From contig NC_086108.1 in the NCBI RefSeq assembly GCF_963921235.1, positions 51,028,001 through 51,092,000 on the forward strand: a stretch of DNA of 64,000 bases. The letters run 5' to 3'. Below are positions 25,031-38,764 of this stretch, piece by piece. Every line of letters begins with the position of its first letter. Positions within the stretch are counted from its first letter, which is position 1. The translations under genes and the position numbers were made by a program. The notes under the pieces are model-generated. The model was not told the origin of the DNA. It ran no database searches and worked only from the letters and a program-made list of their open reading frames with translations. The DNA is from Mobula hypostoma (Eukaryota).

Positions 25031-27653
25031 GGCTGACCTAAAGTGAGGTTTCCTCCATCTCACTTCAACTCTATATTAAGTGCAAAGTCTTTCAGATAAA
25101 TATCATGTAACAAGGTTATAATAGGCCATTCCCACAGAAATGCTTGAGAAATTTGACAATTATCTGACTCATGCTTAGTCAGCTGTCAAAACTGTTCAAA
25201 AGAAAAATGTTTATTACACTTAAGAGCATTCAATACTCAATATATAAAAAAGTCAAAACCTAAATGTTTTAAAACTAAAAAAAATTCAAACAAACTCAAA
25301 TAATTAAAATACTCAATACTTTCTTAGATAACTCAGGGCCATTCCTCTCCAATTAAAAGAGCAAATTTGCCCGCTCTATTCCATTATCAGGGAATTGCTT
25401 GAACTTAAGAGCTCCAGTTCTAGATTTTGAGTTGTCAGAGTTGAACATAAATATCAGACCGCTGGTATGAATTTTTTAAGACTTCCATTCTTGTGCATAG
25501 TCTAATGGTGGTTCCAAGTCTACTATACTTTAATGGAGAAATACAGAGCTTCCACTCAGAGTGCTAGCATTTCTCTGGAAAACCTGGGCCATTGATTAAG
25601 AAATTAATATTGTTTGCTTGAATAATTTAATATAGATGCCCTGTACTAATGTTCATGGTGGACAAATTGTAATTCATAAAATGTAAGTGGTACCTGGAAG
25701 TATGGAAATTACAAGATTTGCTCAACAGAATTAAAAGTCCAAACTAATTTTCACACTTCCACCATCATTCCCCAACCTCCACAATCAAAAAATCTTTAAT
25801 GCAGGGTACCACAATTGTGGTTTATAATTTTAAGAACAATTAACTAAACCAATGTGGTAATGGATTAACGAGTTATTCCCCTGACCTAATAATTCAGGTT
25901 CAAATCTAACTGAAGAATGGAAACATATTTTGAGATGAATATAACATACTCAAGAAAATTATTTTGTTTAAAATAAAGCATTTAAAAAGGCATATATATC
26001 TAGTATATCCGTTTGTTTCACAGACAATCTATCTAATCCAACTCACTCAAGCTCACAGCTAACTTTCCAAGACAAAGATCCACATCATGCTTCTCAACCC
26101 TGAAGTGCTCCCATTAATCTTTCAACCCCAAGTCTTTCTGCATTGTGGATGAGTAGCACTTCATATTCTATCAGTGTAACACCCTAGTATTAAGAGTTAA
26201 TACCTAACCACACTTCTAATAAACATAGTCCAGTCTTAATTAGAAATAAATTTTATCCAGCAATTTTTCATGATATTAAGTATTCACCACAGGATGGTTG
26301 GCTCAGTTGATTAATTAAAACATTTCCAGTCAGCTTTTACAAGTATAGCATTTTTCAACGCATAGAATTTCAACTTTTCCAATTGGACTGCCAGCACTTT
26401 TGTAATAAATTTCATTTGACATCAATGAAAGCCCTTTGGTTGAAAGCAATGGTGAGTGCTCAAGCCTTAGCCCAAAAAAATGACAGCTTTTCTTTAACTT
26501 ACACTAGATTAGTTAGAAATTATTCAGAAACATTTAAGATTAGATCCTTTCTTAAAAGAAGTGACATTAATTCATTTTGTTGGAAAGCTTTGCCCAAGCA
26601 ACTATCATCTGTCAAGTCTCAGATCCTGAAACATTATATAGCTACGTTTTTACTTTGCCAACCTCAAAAATCTTGTAGACTTCCTTTAAAATTGACAGCA
26701 GTTGTTTTATGATCTTTATAGTTTCAGGTCAAAACTATTAACCCCTAAGGTACAGAGAAAAGTCATTAAAGTGAATGGGTTATTGTGGAAAAGGGCCTGC
26801 TAGAAAGAAACAAGCAGTTACATAAAACTATTTTTTGAATGAATCCTCTGGAACTTCAGAACAAAAATATAATATAGATAACATGTTAACTCTTATCAGC
26901 AAGTACTACTCTTTACACATCAAAAAAATCTGTATTGTTCATATTCTCCTACCTCATGTTTCAGATGATACCTCAGGCATAATTTAATTATCTGCGGTGA
27001 GCTGTGGGGTGCCTACTAGTTTAAAACAGCAGGGATACTTTATTCGCCAACAGATTGCTGTTCCTTGCATTTCCACAATTGCCTATAATTCAGCTTACAT
27101 GGAAACATGGAGGGCCTGAGGGGTAGGGAGCAAGCTGTCCAGACTGAAGTAAATAATGGCACAGTTTAAGATGCAACTTTACGAGAAATTTGCAACCCAG
27201 TGTTAATTCTTAGCCCTGTGTCCAATAAAAAATTATCAATTACTGAGCACGATATCTGACCTTCACATTGAGGTTATTTTAGCAGAGACCTTAGCCATTG
27301 GCTGAACAATTGAACTATTCATTGACTTAAAAGTGCTAAATTTCTCCAAGGTTTATCTTAAGTGAATAAAGTCAATTTTTACATTGTTTATTTTTGTTTT
27401 ACACAAGTCTAATACTCCTTATTTGTAATACAGTATATCTGTTCAATCGTCATTTTCTTTCTTATTCCTGTTTTCTTCCCTATCCTGTGTGAAATCTAGT
27501 TCCTCATTGTATAAGTATTCTTTATCAATTAGTTATCACTGTACAAGTTAGAAACATAGAAACATAGAAACATAGAAAATAGGTGCAGGAGTAGGCCATT
27601 CGGCCCTTCGAGCCTGCACCGCCATTTATTATGATCATGGCTGATCATCCAAC

Positions 27654-30653
27654 TCAGAACCCAGCCTTCCCTCCATACCCCCTGACCCCTGTAGCCACAA
27701 GGGCCATATCTAACTTCCTTTTAAACATAGCTAATGAACTGGCCTCAACAGTTTGCTGTGGCAGAGAATTCCACAGATTCACCACTCTCTGTGTGAAGAA
27801 GTTTTTCCTAATCTCGGTCCTAAAAGGCTTCCCCTCTATCCTCAAACTGTGACCCCTCGTTCTAGACCTCCCCAACATCGGGAACAATCTTCCTGCATCT
27901 AGCCTGTCCAATCCCTTTAGGATCTTATACGTTTCAATCAGATCCCCCCTCAATCTTCTAAATTCCAACGAGTACAAGCCCAGTTCATCCAGTCTTTCTT
28001 CATATGAAAGACCTGCCATCCCAGGAATCAATCTGGTGAACCTTCTTTGTACTCCCTCTATGGCAAAGATGTCTTTCCTCAGATTAGGGGACCAAAACTG
28101 CACACAATACTCCAGGTGTGGTCTCACCAAGGCCTTGTACAACTGCAGTAGTACCTCCCTGCTCCTGTACTCGAATCCTCTCGCTATAAATGCCAGCATA
28201 CCGTTCGCCTTTTTCACCGCCTGCTGTACCTGCATGCCCACTTTCAATGACTGGTGTATAATGACACCCAGGTCTCGTTGCACCTCCCCTTTTCCTAATC
28301 GGCCACCATTCAGATAATAATCTGTTTTCCTATTTTTGCCACCAAAGTGGATAACTTCACATTTATCCACATTAAATTGCATCTGCCATGAGTTTGCCCA
28401 CTCACCCAACCTATCCAAGTCACCCTGCATCCTCTTAGCATCCTCCTCACTGCTAACACTGCCACCCAGCTTCGTGTCATCCGCAAACTTGGAGATGCTG
28501 CATTTAATTCCCTCATCCAAGTCATTAATATATATTGTAAACAACTGGGGTCCCAGCACTGAGCCTTGCGGTACCCCACTAGTCACCGCCTGCCATTCTG
28601 AAAAGGTCCCGTTTATTCCCACTCTTTGCTTCCTGTCTGCTAACCAATTCTCCACCCACACCAATACCTTACCCCCAATACCGTGTGCTTTAAGTTTGCA
28701 CACTAATCTCCTATGTGGGACCTTGTCAAAAGCCTTTTGAAAATCCAAATATACCACATCCACTGGTTCTCCCCTATCCACTCTACTAGTTACATCCTCA
28801 AAAAATTCTATGAGATTCGTCAGACATGATTTTCCTTTCACAAATCCATGCTGACTTTGTCCGATCATTTCACCGCTTTCCAAATGTGCTGTTATCACAT
28901 CCTTGATAACTGACTCCAGCAGTTTCCCCACCACCGACGTTAGGCTAACCGGCCTATAATTCCCCGGTTTCTCTCTCCCTCCTTTTTTAAAAAGTGGGGT
29001 TACATTAGCCACCCTCCAATCCTCAGGAACTAGTCCAGAATCTAACGAGTTTTGAAAAATTATCACTAATGCATCCACTATTTCTTGGGCCACTTCCTTA
29101 AGCACTCTGGGATGCAGACCATCTGGCCCTGGGGATTTATCTGCCTTCAATCCCTTCAATTTACCTAACACCACTTCCCTACTAACATGTATTTCGCTCA
29201 GTTCCTCCATCTCACTGGACCCTCTGTCCCTTACTATTTCTGGAAGATTATTTATGTCCTCCTTAGTGAAGACAGAACCAAAGTAATTATTCAATTGGTC
29301 TGCCATGTCCTTGCTCCCCATAATCAATTCACCTGTTTCTGTTTGCAGGGGACCTACATTTGTCTTTATCAGTCTTTTCCTTTTTACATATCTATAAAAG
29401 CTTTTACAGTCCGTTTTTATGTTCTCTGCCAGTTTTCTCTCATAATCTTTTTTCCCCTTCCTAATTAAGCCCTTTGTCCTCCTCTGCTGAACTCTGAATT
29501 TCTCCCAGTCCTCAGGTGAGCCACTTTCTCTGGCTAATTTGTATGCTACTTCTTTGGAATTGATGCTATCCCTAATTTCTCTTGTCAGCCACGGGTGCAC
29601 TACCTTCCTTGATTTATTCTTTTGCCAAACTGGGATGAACAATTGTTGTAGTTCATCCATGCAACCTTTAAATGCCTGCCATTGCATATCCACCGTCAAT
29701 CCTTGAAGTGTCATTTGCCAGTCTATCTTAGCTAATTCATGTCTCATACCTTCAAAGTTACCCCTCTTTAAGTTCAGAACCTTTGTTTCTGAATTAACTA
29801 CGTCACTCTCCATGTTAATGAAGAATTCCACCATATTATGGTCACTCTTACCCAAGGGGCCTCTCACGACAAGATCGCTAATTAACCCTTCCTCATTGCT
29901 CAAAACCCAGTCCAGAATAGCCTGCTCTCTAGTCGGTTCCTCGACATGTTGGTTCAAAAAACCATCCCGCATACATTCCAAGAAATCCTCTTCCTCAGCA
30001 CCTTTACCAATTTGGTTCACCCAGTCTACATGTAGATTGAAGTCACCCATTATAACTGCTGTTCCTTTATTGCACACATTTCTAATTTCCTGTTTAATAC
30101 CATCTCCGACCTCACTACTACTGTTAGGTGGCCTGTACACAACTCCCACCAGCGTCTTCTGCCCCTTAGTGTTACGCAGCTCTACCCATATCGATTCCAC
30201 ATCTTCCCGGCTTATGTCCTTCCTTTCTATTGCGTTAATCTCTTTTTTAACCAGCAACGCCACCCCACCTCCCCTTCCTTCGTGTCTATCCCTCCTGAAT
30301 ATTGAATATCCCTGAACGTTGAGCTCCCATCCCTGGTCACCCTGGAGCCATGTCTCTGTGATCCCAACTATATCATAATCATTAATAACAATCTGCACTT
30401 TCAATTCATCCACCTTATTACGAATGCTCCTTGCATTGACACATAAAGCCTTCAGGCACTCTTTTACAACTCTCTTAGCCCTTTTTAATGCTTGCCCTGG
30501 ATTTGTCGGCCTGCCACTTTTACTTTTCCCCTTTGTACTTTTTGCTTCTACGCTCACTTTACACCCCTCTGTCTCTCTGCACTGGTTCCCATCCCTCTGT
30601 TGTGAACTAACCTCCTCACACCTAGCCGCTTTAATTTGATTCCCACCCCCCAA
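27654..30653 (-). CDS. CR1 ORF2: APE endonuclease plus reverse transcriptase (uninterrupted 999-codon frame)
   Basis: APE motifs ITETW, GDFN and SDH; RT motifs YRPVSLTS, YLDFQKAFDKV, GVPQGSVLGP and KFADD. Confidence 0.95.
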   Translation of the reverse strand: MGGGNQIKAARCEEVSSQQRDGNQCRETEGCKVSVEAKSTKGKSKSGRPTNPGQALKRAKRVVKECLKALCVNARSIRNKVDELKVQIVINDYDIVGITETWLQGDQGWELNVQGYSIFRRDRHEGRGGGVALLVKKEINAIERKDISREDVESIWVELRNTKGQKTLVGVVYRPPNSSSEVGDGIKQEIRNVCNKGTAVIMGDFNLHVDWVNQIGKGAEEEDFLECMRDGFLNQHVEEPTREQAILDWVLSNEEGLISDLVVRGPLGKSDHNMVEFFINMESDVVNSETKVLNLKRGNFEGMRHELAKIDWQMTLQGLTVDMQWQAFKGCMDELQQLFIPVWQKNKSRKVVHPWLTREIRDSINSKEVAYKLARESGSPEDWEKFRVQQRRTKGLIRKGKKDYERKLAENIKTDCKSFYRYVKRKRLIKTNVGPLQTETGELIMGSKDMADQLNNYFGSVFTKEDINNLPEIVRDRGSSEMEELSEIHVSREVVLGKLKGLKADKSPGPDGLHPRVLKEVAQEIVDALVIIFQNSLDSGLVPEDWRVANVTPLFKKGGREKPGNYRPVSLTSVVGKLLESVIKDVITAHLESGEMIGQSQHGFVKGKSCLTNLIEFFEDVTSRVDRGEPVDVVYLDFQKAFDKVPHRRLVCKLKAHGIGGKVLVWVENWLADRKQRVGINGTFSEWQAVTSGVPQGSVLGPQLFTIYINDLDEGIKCSISKFADDTKLGGSVSSEEDAKRMQGDLDRLGEWANSWQMQFNVDKCEVIHFGGKNRKTDYYLNGGRLGKGEVQRDLGVIIHQSLKVGMQVQQAVKKANGMLAFIARGFEYRSREVLLQLYKALVRPHLEYCVQFWSPNLRKDIFAIEGVQRRFTRLIPGMAGLSYEERLDELGLYSLEFRRLRGDLIETYKILKGLDRLDAGRLFPMLGRSRTRGHSLRIEGKPFRTEIRKNFFTQRVVNLWNSLPQQTVEASSLAMFKRKLDMALVATGVRGYGGKAGF

Positions 30654-30658
30654 CCATT

Positions 30659-30968
30659 CTAGTTTAAAGTCACCTCAGTAGCCCCCGCTAATCTCCCTGC
30701 CAGGATATTGGTCCCCCGAGGATTTAAGTGTAACCCGTCCTTTTTGTACAGGTCACACCTGCGCCAAAAGAGGTCCCAATGATCCAAAAACTTGAAACCC
30801 TGCCCCCTGCTCCAATCCCTCAGCCACGCATTTATCCTCCACCTCATCGCATTCCTACTCTCACTGTCGCGTGGCACAGGCAGTAATCCCGAGATTACTA
30901 CCTTTGCGGTCTTTTTTCTCAACTCCCTTCCTAGCTCCCTATATTCTTCTTTCAGGACCTCATCCCTC
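30659..30968 (-). pseudogene. CR1 ORF1 C-terminal SGNH esterase-like fragment
   Basis: VVISGLLPVP...INAWLRDW...FLDHWDLF...YKKDGLHLN. Upstream of ~30968 the ORF runs into unrelated older CR1 sequence. Confidence 0.85.
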
Positions 30969-31830
30969 ATTAGAAGACAGAGGGTAGTGGCAGATGAGTG
31001 TCCTTCTGGCTGGAAATCCATAACCAGTTTTGTTCCAAAGGGCTTGGTGCTGAGGCCCCATTTTGTGATAGATACGACTCGGAAGAAAATGTAGATGGAT
31101 GGGTTAAGTAGGTTTGTAGATGACGCAAAGATTGTATGAGTCATGGGCAGTGTAGAGCACAGTCAAAGAACACAGTAAAATATAGATAAGTTACAGATAT
31201 GGTTAGAGATACGGCAGATGGAGTTTCATCCAAGCAATTGTGAGATGTTACATTTTGGGAGGTGTAATGCAAGGGGAAACTTTGGAGTAAATAGAAGAAA
31301 CACTTACAGCATTGAAGTACAGAGGGATCTTGGGGCTCAAGTCTATAGCTAACTGAAAACACCCATGCAAGTAGGTAAGGTGGTAAAAATGAATATGGCT
31401 TGGTTCCCTTCACTGGCCCTGCATCAAAGTCGTGTTGTGACTATATAAAACACTAGGTAGGCCATACTTGGGAGTACTGTATCTAATTCTGATAGCCCCA
31501 TTACAGGAAGGGTGTGACGTTCACAGGATGCTGCCTAGATAGACACTATAAACAAAAGGAGAGGCTGGACAAACTTGGATTGTTTCCTCTGGAGTGCAGG
31601 ACTCAGAAGTGACCTGATATAAACTTTCAAGATTATCAGAGGCATAAGGGAATCATTATCCCAGAGTAAAAGTATCAAATATGAGAGAGGACGTGTATTT
31701 AATGTGAGGGGAAAGTTTAAAGATGTGCATAGCAAGTTTTATTAGAGAGTAGGAGATGCCAGGAGGAGCGGCAGAAGCAGATATGATAGTGGCTTTTAAG
31801 AGTCTGTTAAGAATATGAGGGATAGAGATC
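30969..31830 (+). mobile_element. Old CR1 fragment
   Basis: Degraded RT C-terminal sequence (FVDDAK, RPYL.YC). Confidence 0.7.
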
Positions 31831-34269
31831 ATGTACAGGTAGAAAAGATTTCTGCCTGTTGTCCACTTGAATTGCTTGCATGATTTGTATTTTTATCTTT
31901 CTCTTGCGCAGAGTGCTGGTCTTTTTTTTTCTTTAATTGGGTTCTTTCAGGTTTCTTGCCTTATGGCTACCTACAAGCAAACAAATCTCAAGGCTGTTAA
32001 TTTATGCATTCTTCGATTTTAAATGAATATTGAATCTTGAGGATTTAGTTTAATTCAGCATCATGTTCAGCGCAGACAGTGTGAGCTGAAGGGCAAACTC
32101 CTGGTACTGCTCTGTTCTATTCTAAATGCATGAAATGAGCTGAGCAGACCAATGGACTACCAGATCTCCCATGAGCATACATATGCCATACAGCAGATAT
32201 TGTGCCCACCAAATGCCATCCTTCCCCAGATGTACATTTCAGCATGGTCATTCCATTACAGACTGGGTGCTGTTCTGTGCCCCAATGTCAAAGCAGTTCC
32301 TTGATTTATGTCTCAAATAAGATCTCCTAATTTGATGAAAGTCAAAATTTGAATCCTCCAAATACATACAGTTCACCTCTTTGCCTTAAATGACTAAGTC
32401 ATCAGGACTCTTACACAAGAGCAGTATCCTGCCTGCACTCATTTTCGATTCTGAACATTTGGGAGCTTATATAAAAAAAATTCCTAAATTCATCTGTAGT
32501 ATTTTATTTTTAAATTGTCCTTAAACTTTAAGACATTTGAGGAACAATAAAATATACACAACTCAATTAAATGTTGTTTTACAAATTGAGAATTATAGCT
32601 TATATCAACTGTCTCTTTTAGAACGTCTCAAATGAACGATAACAAGGGACTCTGTCTAACCACTTGGGTCAGTCCTGAACCGCAGTTGGACTAATGACTG
32701 CATATAAAACAAGACTTTAAACAAAACTGGGTTTTGCCATAGTAAGTTAGGTTTTCCTTGCAGGAAGTTTCTGGCCCTTTACTCATTCACTAAACCATGC
32801 CTTTGATCTCTCTCTCTCGCTCTCCTCTGTCACTTCTCAGGTTACAGAGTCTTTTCGAAATGCAGTAAATATCAAGTGGCTAGCTGGTAATTCTATTCAA
32901 TTTAAAAAAAAATTCCTTTCAAATGATCACATGCTGTTAAGGGTACAACAACTGCCAGCTGTATACTTCCTTTTGAAAAGCAGCTACAATTCCAGAAGAC
33001 ATACTTAGCTTGCAACCTTGTCAGAACATTAACATTTTGTTTTAAGATGATAAAAAAAATGCAAAGGCAATGTTCAACAGTTTAATATTCTAAAGAAAAA
33101 CCTTTTCAGTAAACAAAATACTGGACAGGCTGGTAGCCAAACAACGCAGAACTGGACTTCTGGGCTTGGGGAAATGGTGATTCAAGGGGAATGTGTAGGA
33201 TTATACATGAGGTTTCTCATGATAGAAAATGGTAGAAGTATAGCAAACAGTCCAAATTCAATTATTACAAATAGAGAATGTTTCTCATTCACCAAGGAAA
33301 AAGCTATTATCAAAATTACCTATGCTAATGTGTTACTCTTTTACAAAATATTATATTTATTAACATAATTGTTTCACACAGCTACCTTTACAAAAGCTGC
33401 TAAGGGTATCATCTTCAAAAAATGTTTCAAACACGTAAAATTTTGAATGTGTTTTTTGTTTAATTACATTCTAGTGCAACAGAGATTTTTTGTTTAATTG
33501 TAATTAAACAGCAGTTTTAAGCTGTCATTGCAGAAAGTCTTTTCCCCACCTAGAAAGAAAATGTGCTTAAAAATAAAAGGTTTATAACTTGATTACACAG
33601 AGAACAAGTCCTGCATTTTCGGTTTGCATATCCATTGAAATCAATGGGGCAGCTTATCAGTTAGCATAAGACCACATATACCAGCATGGAGATGAAACTT
33701 TTTATCCAGCTTCATTCATTTAATAGATCATGGACAAACTACTTCAGCATGAATTAACCTTCTGCGAACAGCAATGCAAATCTCAAAACCGTTATCTAAA
33801 AACATTTCAGATTGAAATTTCTATGATTCAGCCCTGAAATTCCACACAATTTTTTCTTGTTTACCTCTCAGCAAGCATCCTATTCCCAGGAGGACTAGTT
33901 ATCCTAGCCTTTCATAAATTTAAACAACATAGTGCACTACAATTCCAATTCTATTTAAAATATGTATTTATTTATAACAACAAAGAAATCAAAGTCAGGT
34001 ATCTCAGCTGCATTAAAAATGAAATGTCCAGTGCTCCATTATTATGAGGCAAATGCACAACTTTCAAATAACTTTAAGGTTGCTGAAATTAACATACTAG
34101 CAATAGGAAGAGATTTTGATAGCATGTTAAGTTCATGAAAACAAGCTGCATTCACTGTTTTTTAAAATTCCCGTTGAGTTATCAAACTGCAGACAAAGCA
34201 GGTGAAACCGTTATGGATTTTCCCAAGTGGAACCAGTAGTCACTGTCTGCTCATATCTTCATCATTTCA

Positions 34270-34605
34270 AAACACAGAAAACCTACAGCACAATATAGGC
34301 CCTTCGGCCCACAAAGCTGTGCCGAACACGTCCCTACCTTAGAAACTACCTAGGGTTACCCATAGGTCTCTATTTTTCTGAGCTCCATGTACCTGTCCAG
34401 GAGTCTCTTAAAAGACCCTATCGTATCCACCTCCACCACTGTCACTGGCAGTCCATCTCATGCACTCACCACTCTCTGCATAAAAAACTTACCCCTGACA
34501 TCTCCTGTGTACCTACTTCCAAGCACCTTAAAACTGTGCCCTCTCATGCTAGCTATTTCAGCCCTGGGGAAGAAGCCTCTGACTATCCACACAATCAATG
34601 CCTCA
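34270..34605 (-). mobile_element. CR1 3' end
   Basis: RGHSFKV...FFMQRVV plus tail. Confidence 0.75.
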
Positions 34606-35889
34606 ACCTGGTCTGAATCTGCTAAGTGCTTCAGGAAGGTTTTCTTGAACAAAAAATTGATGGCCATACTAGGGAGAGGGCAATGCTTGAACTACTCTGG
34701 GTAACAAGGTGAGGCAGGTGATAGAGATGACAGTGGGAGAGCAGTTTGGAACCAGTGATTATAGTTCTATTAGTTTTAAAGATTATGGAAAGGGAGAAAC
34801 TCACACTAGACTTAAACTAAGGGGAATGAAACATTCTCTACCCAGCATCTTGCTAGCAAATGTACAATCACTCGAGAATAAGACTGAAGACCTAAGGGCA
34901 AGATTGCTGTATCGGAGGGAAATGAAAAATTGCTGCATTCTGTGTTTCACGGAAACATACTGCTGGATACATTGGTAACACCCGAGGGCTTCTTGATACA
35001 CAGGATGGACCAGACTGCTGATTTGGAGAAGGCAAAGAGTAGGGATCTGTGTTTCATGATAAACTTTTTGTGGTAATCAGACACTGTGGTCTTGTTGCAC
35101 TCTTGTCCCCCCGATCTAGAACATCTAACGATCAAGAGTCGACAATTCTACTTACCAAGAGAGTTCTCCTCCGTGATTCTGACCACAGTTTACAAACCAC
35201 CAAAGGCAGATGTTAAGCAGACATTCAAAGCATGGAATGTTGCCATCAGCAAACAAGAAACAGACTCCCCCTTTCAGATCATTGTTGGGACTTCAATCAG
35301 ACTTATTAGAAGAAAACTCTGCCCATTTATCATCAACATATAACCTGCAGCATGAGGGATCCCAACATACTTGACCACTGCAATGCTATGATCAGGAATG
35401 CCTACCATTCCACCCCTAGACAGCATTTTGGGAAAACAGATCATTTGGCTGTCCTTGTACCTGCATACAGGCAGAAGCTAAATAGCAAAGCTCCAAAGAT
35501 AAAGACAACAAAGAAGTGTCGCAGGAGGCAGAGGAGCAGCTACGGGATTGCTTTGAGTTGGTAGATTGGGTCATGTTCAAGGACTTATCAGAGGATGAGA
35601 ACAAATATGCCACAGTTGTTACAGACTTTATAACAACAGTCAAACATGAGTGTGCCCCTAGAGTCTTCTCCAAAAAAGAAGCCCTAAAGGAACCATAAGA
35701 TTTACAATCTGCAGCGACATTCAGGTCTGCTGATCAAGAAAGATACAAGAGGTCCGAATACTATCTCTGGAAAGTTATCTCAAGTGCGAAGTGGCAATTC
35801 CAGACCACGTTGAAACAAAGAAGAATGCTCGATAGTTGTGGCAGGGCTTGAATGCAAACACCTCCTACAAAGTGAAACCAAGTGACATA

Positions 35890-37468
35890 CAGTTGCAAGA
35901 AAAATATTCTGAACCCTTTGCAATGACCTTGTTTTCTGCATTAATTACTCAAAATGTGTCTAATCTTCATCTAAGTCGCAATAATAGACGATAACAATCT
36001 GCTTAAATTACATACAAAAACTGTACTTTTCACATCTTTACTGAACACATTATTTAATCATTCACAGTCCATGAGGAAAAATATGTGAACCCTTGTATTT
36101 AATAACTGGTAGAACCTTCTTTAGTAGCAATAACCTCCACCAAACATTTCCTGCAGCTGCTGATCACACTTGCACAATGACGAGGAGGAATTTTAGACCA
36201 TTCCTCGATACAAAACTGTTTCAGTTCATTATTATTTCTGGGATACATTGCATGAACAGCTCTCCAGAGCATCTCAATTGCGTTAAGGTCAGGGCTCTGA
36301 TTTGGCCATTCCAAAAGACAAATTTTCTTCTTTTTAAACCATTCTGTTGATGAGTTACTCTTGAATTTCAGATCATTGTCTTGTTGCATCATTCAACTTC
36401 TATTAAGCTTTAGGAGACAGACGTCTACCCTGACATTCTCCTGTAAAATATCTTGATATAATTTTTAAATCCATTGTTCCCACAATAACCGCAAGCTGAC
36501 CAGGTCCTGAGACAGCAAAGCAGCCCTAAACCATGATACTTCTTCCACGGTGTTTCACAGTTGGGATGAAGTTTTAGTTTTAGTGTGCAATGCCCTTTTT
36601 CCTTCTAACATAGCAGTGTGCATTCTGCCAAAAAGTTCAACTTTTGTCTCATCTGCCCACAGAACATTGTCCTAGAGGCACTGGGGAATTTTCAGGTGGT
36701 GTTTTGCAAACTTGAGATGTGCAGCTATGTTTTTTTTTGGAGAGCAATGGTTTCCTTCATGGTAACCTTCCACAAACACCATTCTTGTTCAGTGTTTAAC
36801 TTATAGTGGACACAGGAACAGAGACTTTACTAAGTTCTAGAGATTTCTGCAAGTCTTTTGCTGTTACCCTTGGGTTCTTTTTCACCTCCTTCAGTATTGT
36901 ACATTGTGCTCTTGGTGTGATCTTTGCAGGACGCCCACTCCTAGGGAGAGTAGCAACAGTACTGAATTTCCTCCATTTGTCAACAATTTCTCTTACTGGA
37001 CTGATGAACCCTCAGGTCTTCAGAAATGCTTCTATAGCCTTTCATGCATCTCTACAATTCTTCTTCTAAGGGCCTCTGGAAGTGGTTTTGATTGAGGCAC
37101 AGTGCACAAACAGATCTTTCATGAGAAGAGCAGGCTCTGTCAGTAACCTGACTTTGTGTGTCTTTTTTATAGGGCAGGGCACCTCTACATCCCACACCTC
37201 CAATCTCATCTCATTGATTAGAACACTTGACTCCAATTAGCTTTTGTAGAAGGCATTACTCCAGAGGTTCACATACTTTTTTTGAACCTAAACAGTGATT
37301 GTTTAAATGGCATACTCAGTATTGATGAGAAGCAGTATAATTATTTGTATGTTATTGTTGGTAGTTTAGGCTGATTGTGTTTGTCTATTATTCTGACACA
37401 GATGAAGATCAGACCCCATTTTATGAGTAATTAATGCAGAAAAACAGGTAATTGCAAAGGGTTCTCAA
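35890..37468 (-). mobile_element. Near full-length degraded Tc1 (IR/DR type)
   Basis: TA|cagttgcaagaaaa TIR, matching long TIR at the right end, CLLEWPNQSPDLNAIE. Confidence 0.88.
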
Positions 37469-38764
37469 TCAATGACCCTGTGATTTCAGTCTGAGGCCAA
37501 CATGAGAGCATCCTTCAGGAGGGTGAACCCACGGAAACCACCCGGCCCAGACGGGTACCCAGCTAAGTATTAAAGACCTGTGCTGATCAACTGGTCGGAG
37601 TGTTTATTAACATATTTAAACTCTTGCTTTGGCAGTCAGAAGTACTCACCTGCTTCTAGCAGGCTTCAATTATACCGGTGCCTAAGAAGAACATGGTAAC
37701 CTGCCTCAACGACAATTGTCCAGTAGCATTTGCATCCACTGTAATGAAATGCTTTGAGAGGTTAGTGTTGAAACATATAGTATCAACTCCTGCCTGAGAA
37801 GCACCAGTTTGCCCACTGTCACAATAGGTCAACAGCAGATGCCATTTCAGTGGCTCTTCACTCAACACTGGAACACCTGGACAGCAAAGATGCATACAAC
37901 AGGATGCTCTTCTTCACCTACAGCTTGACATTCAATAAAATCATCCCCTCAAAACTAACCAATAAACTTCAAGACCTTGGCCGCAATATCTCCTTGTGTA
38001 ATTGAATCCTGACTTCCTCACTTCGCCAGCCAGTGGGACTGGCAAAAACACAATCCTTCCTCAATCTCCATCAGCATAGGTGCACCACAAGACTATATGT
38101 TTAGTCCCCTGCTCTACTCACTTTATACTGTTAACTGTGAGGTGACGTACAGCTCCAATGCCATATTTAAGTTTGCTGACAAAGAGTAAGTGAAGCAGCT
38201 GGTGAACAGGTATAAGAGCAACAACCCAAGTCTGATCGCTATTAGCATATGCTAATTACCAATAATGTAATCCCAATCTCTTTGTACTAATATTGTTATG
38301 TTTATGAATTTGAAAATTAATAAAAAGATTGAAAAAGAAAAGAAAGAAAGAAAAGACCGAGGAAATGATAGTGGATTTTGGGAAGGTGCAGATGACCATC
38401 CCCCCCTGCGCATACATGGCTTCTCCGTAGAAAGAGTTACGTACCCCAAGTTCCTGGGAGTTTACATCACAAATGACCTCAGCTGGTCCCTCAATATCAC
38501 CTCCCCAAATAAGGCGGCACAACAATGCCTCCATTTCCTGAGGAAATTGAAGCAAGCAAGGCTCTCCTGCCCATCTTAGCTTAATTTTACAGGAGCACCA
38601 TTCAGAGCAAGCTGCACTTCCATCTCGTATGAGAGCAGCAAAGGACTGTGAAAACGGCCAAGAGGACCATAGGCGCCTTCCCTACCATCCATCAGGGACA
38701 TTTATCATGAGCGCTGTGTACGCAGGGCCCTTTGAATAATCAAAGATCTCACCCATCCACCCAT

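Larger units (their letters stand above)
27550..30968 (-). mobile_element. Young 5'-truncated CR1 LINE
   Basis: (TTTCTATG)n 3' tail at ~27550-27575, intact ORF2, and ORF1 C-terminus. Confidence 0.95.

Noticed and set aside
28036..30639. Several plus-strand ORFs of 70-170 aa
   Set aside because: Antisense shadows of CR1 ORF2.
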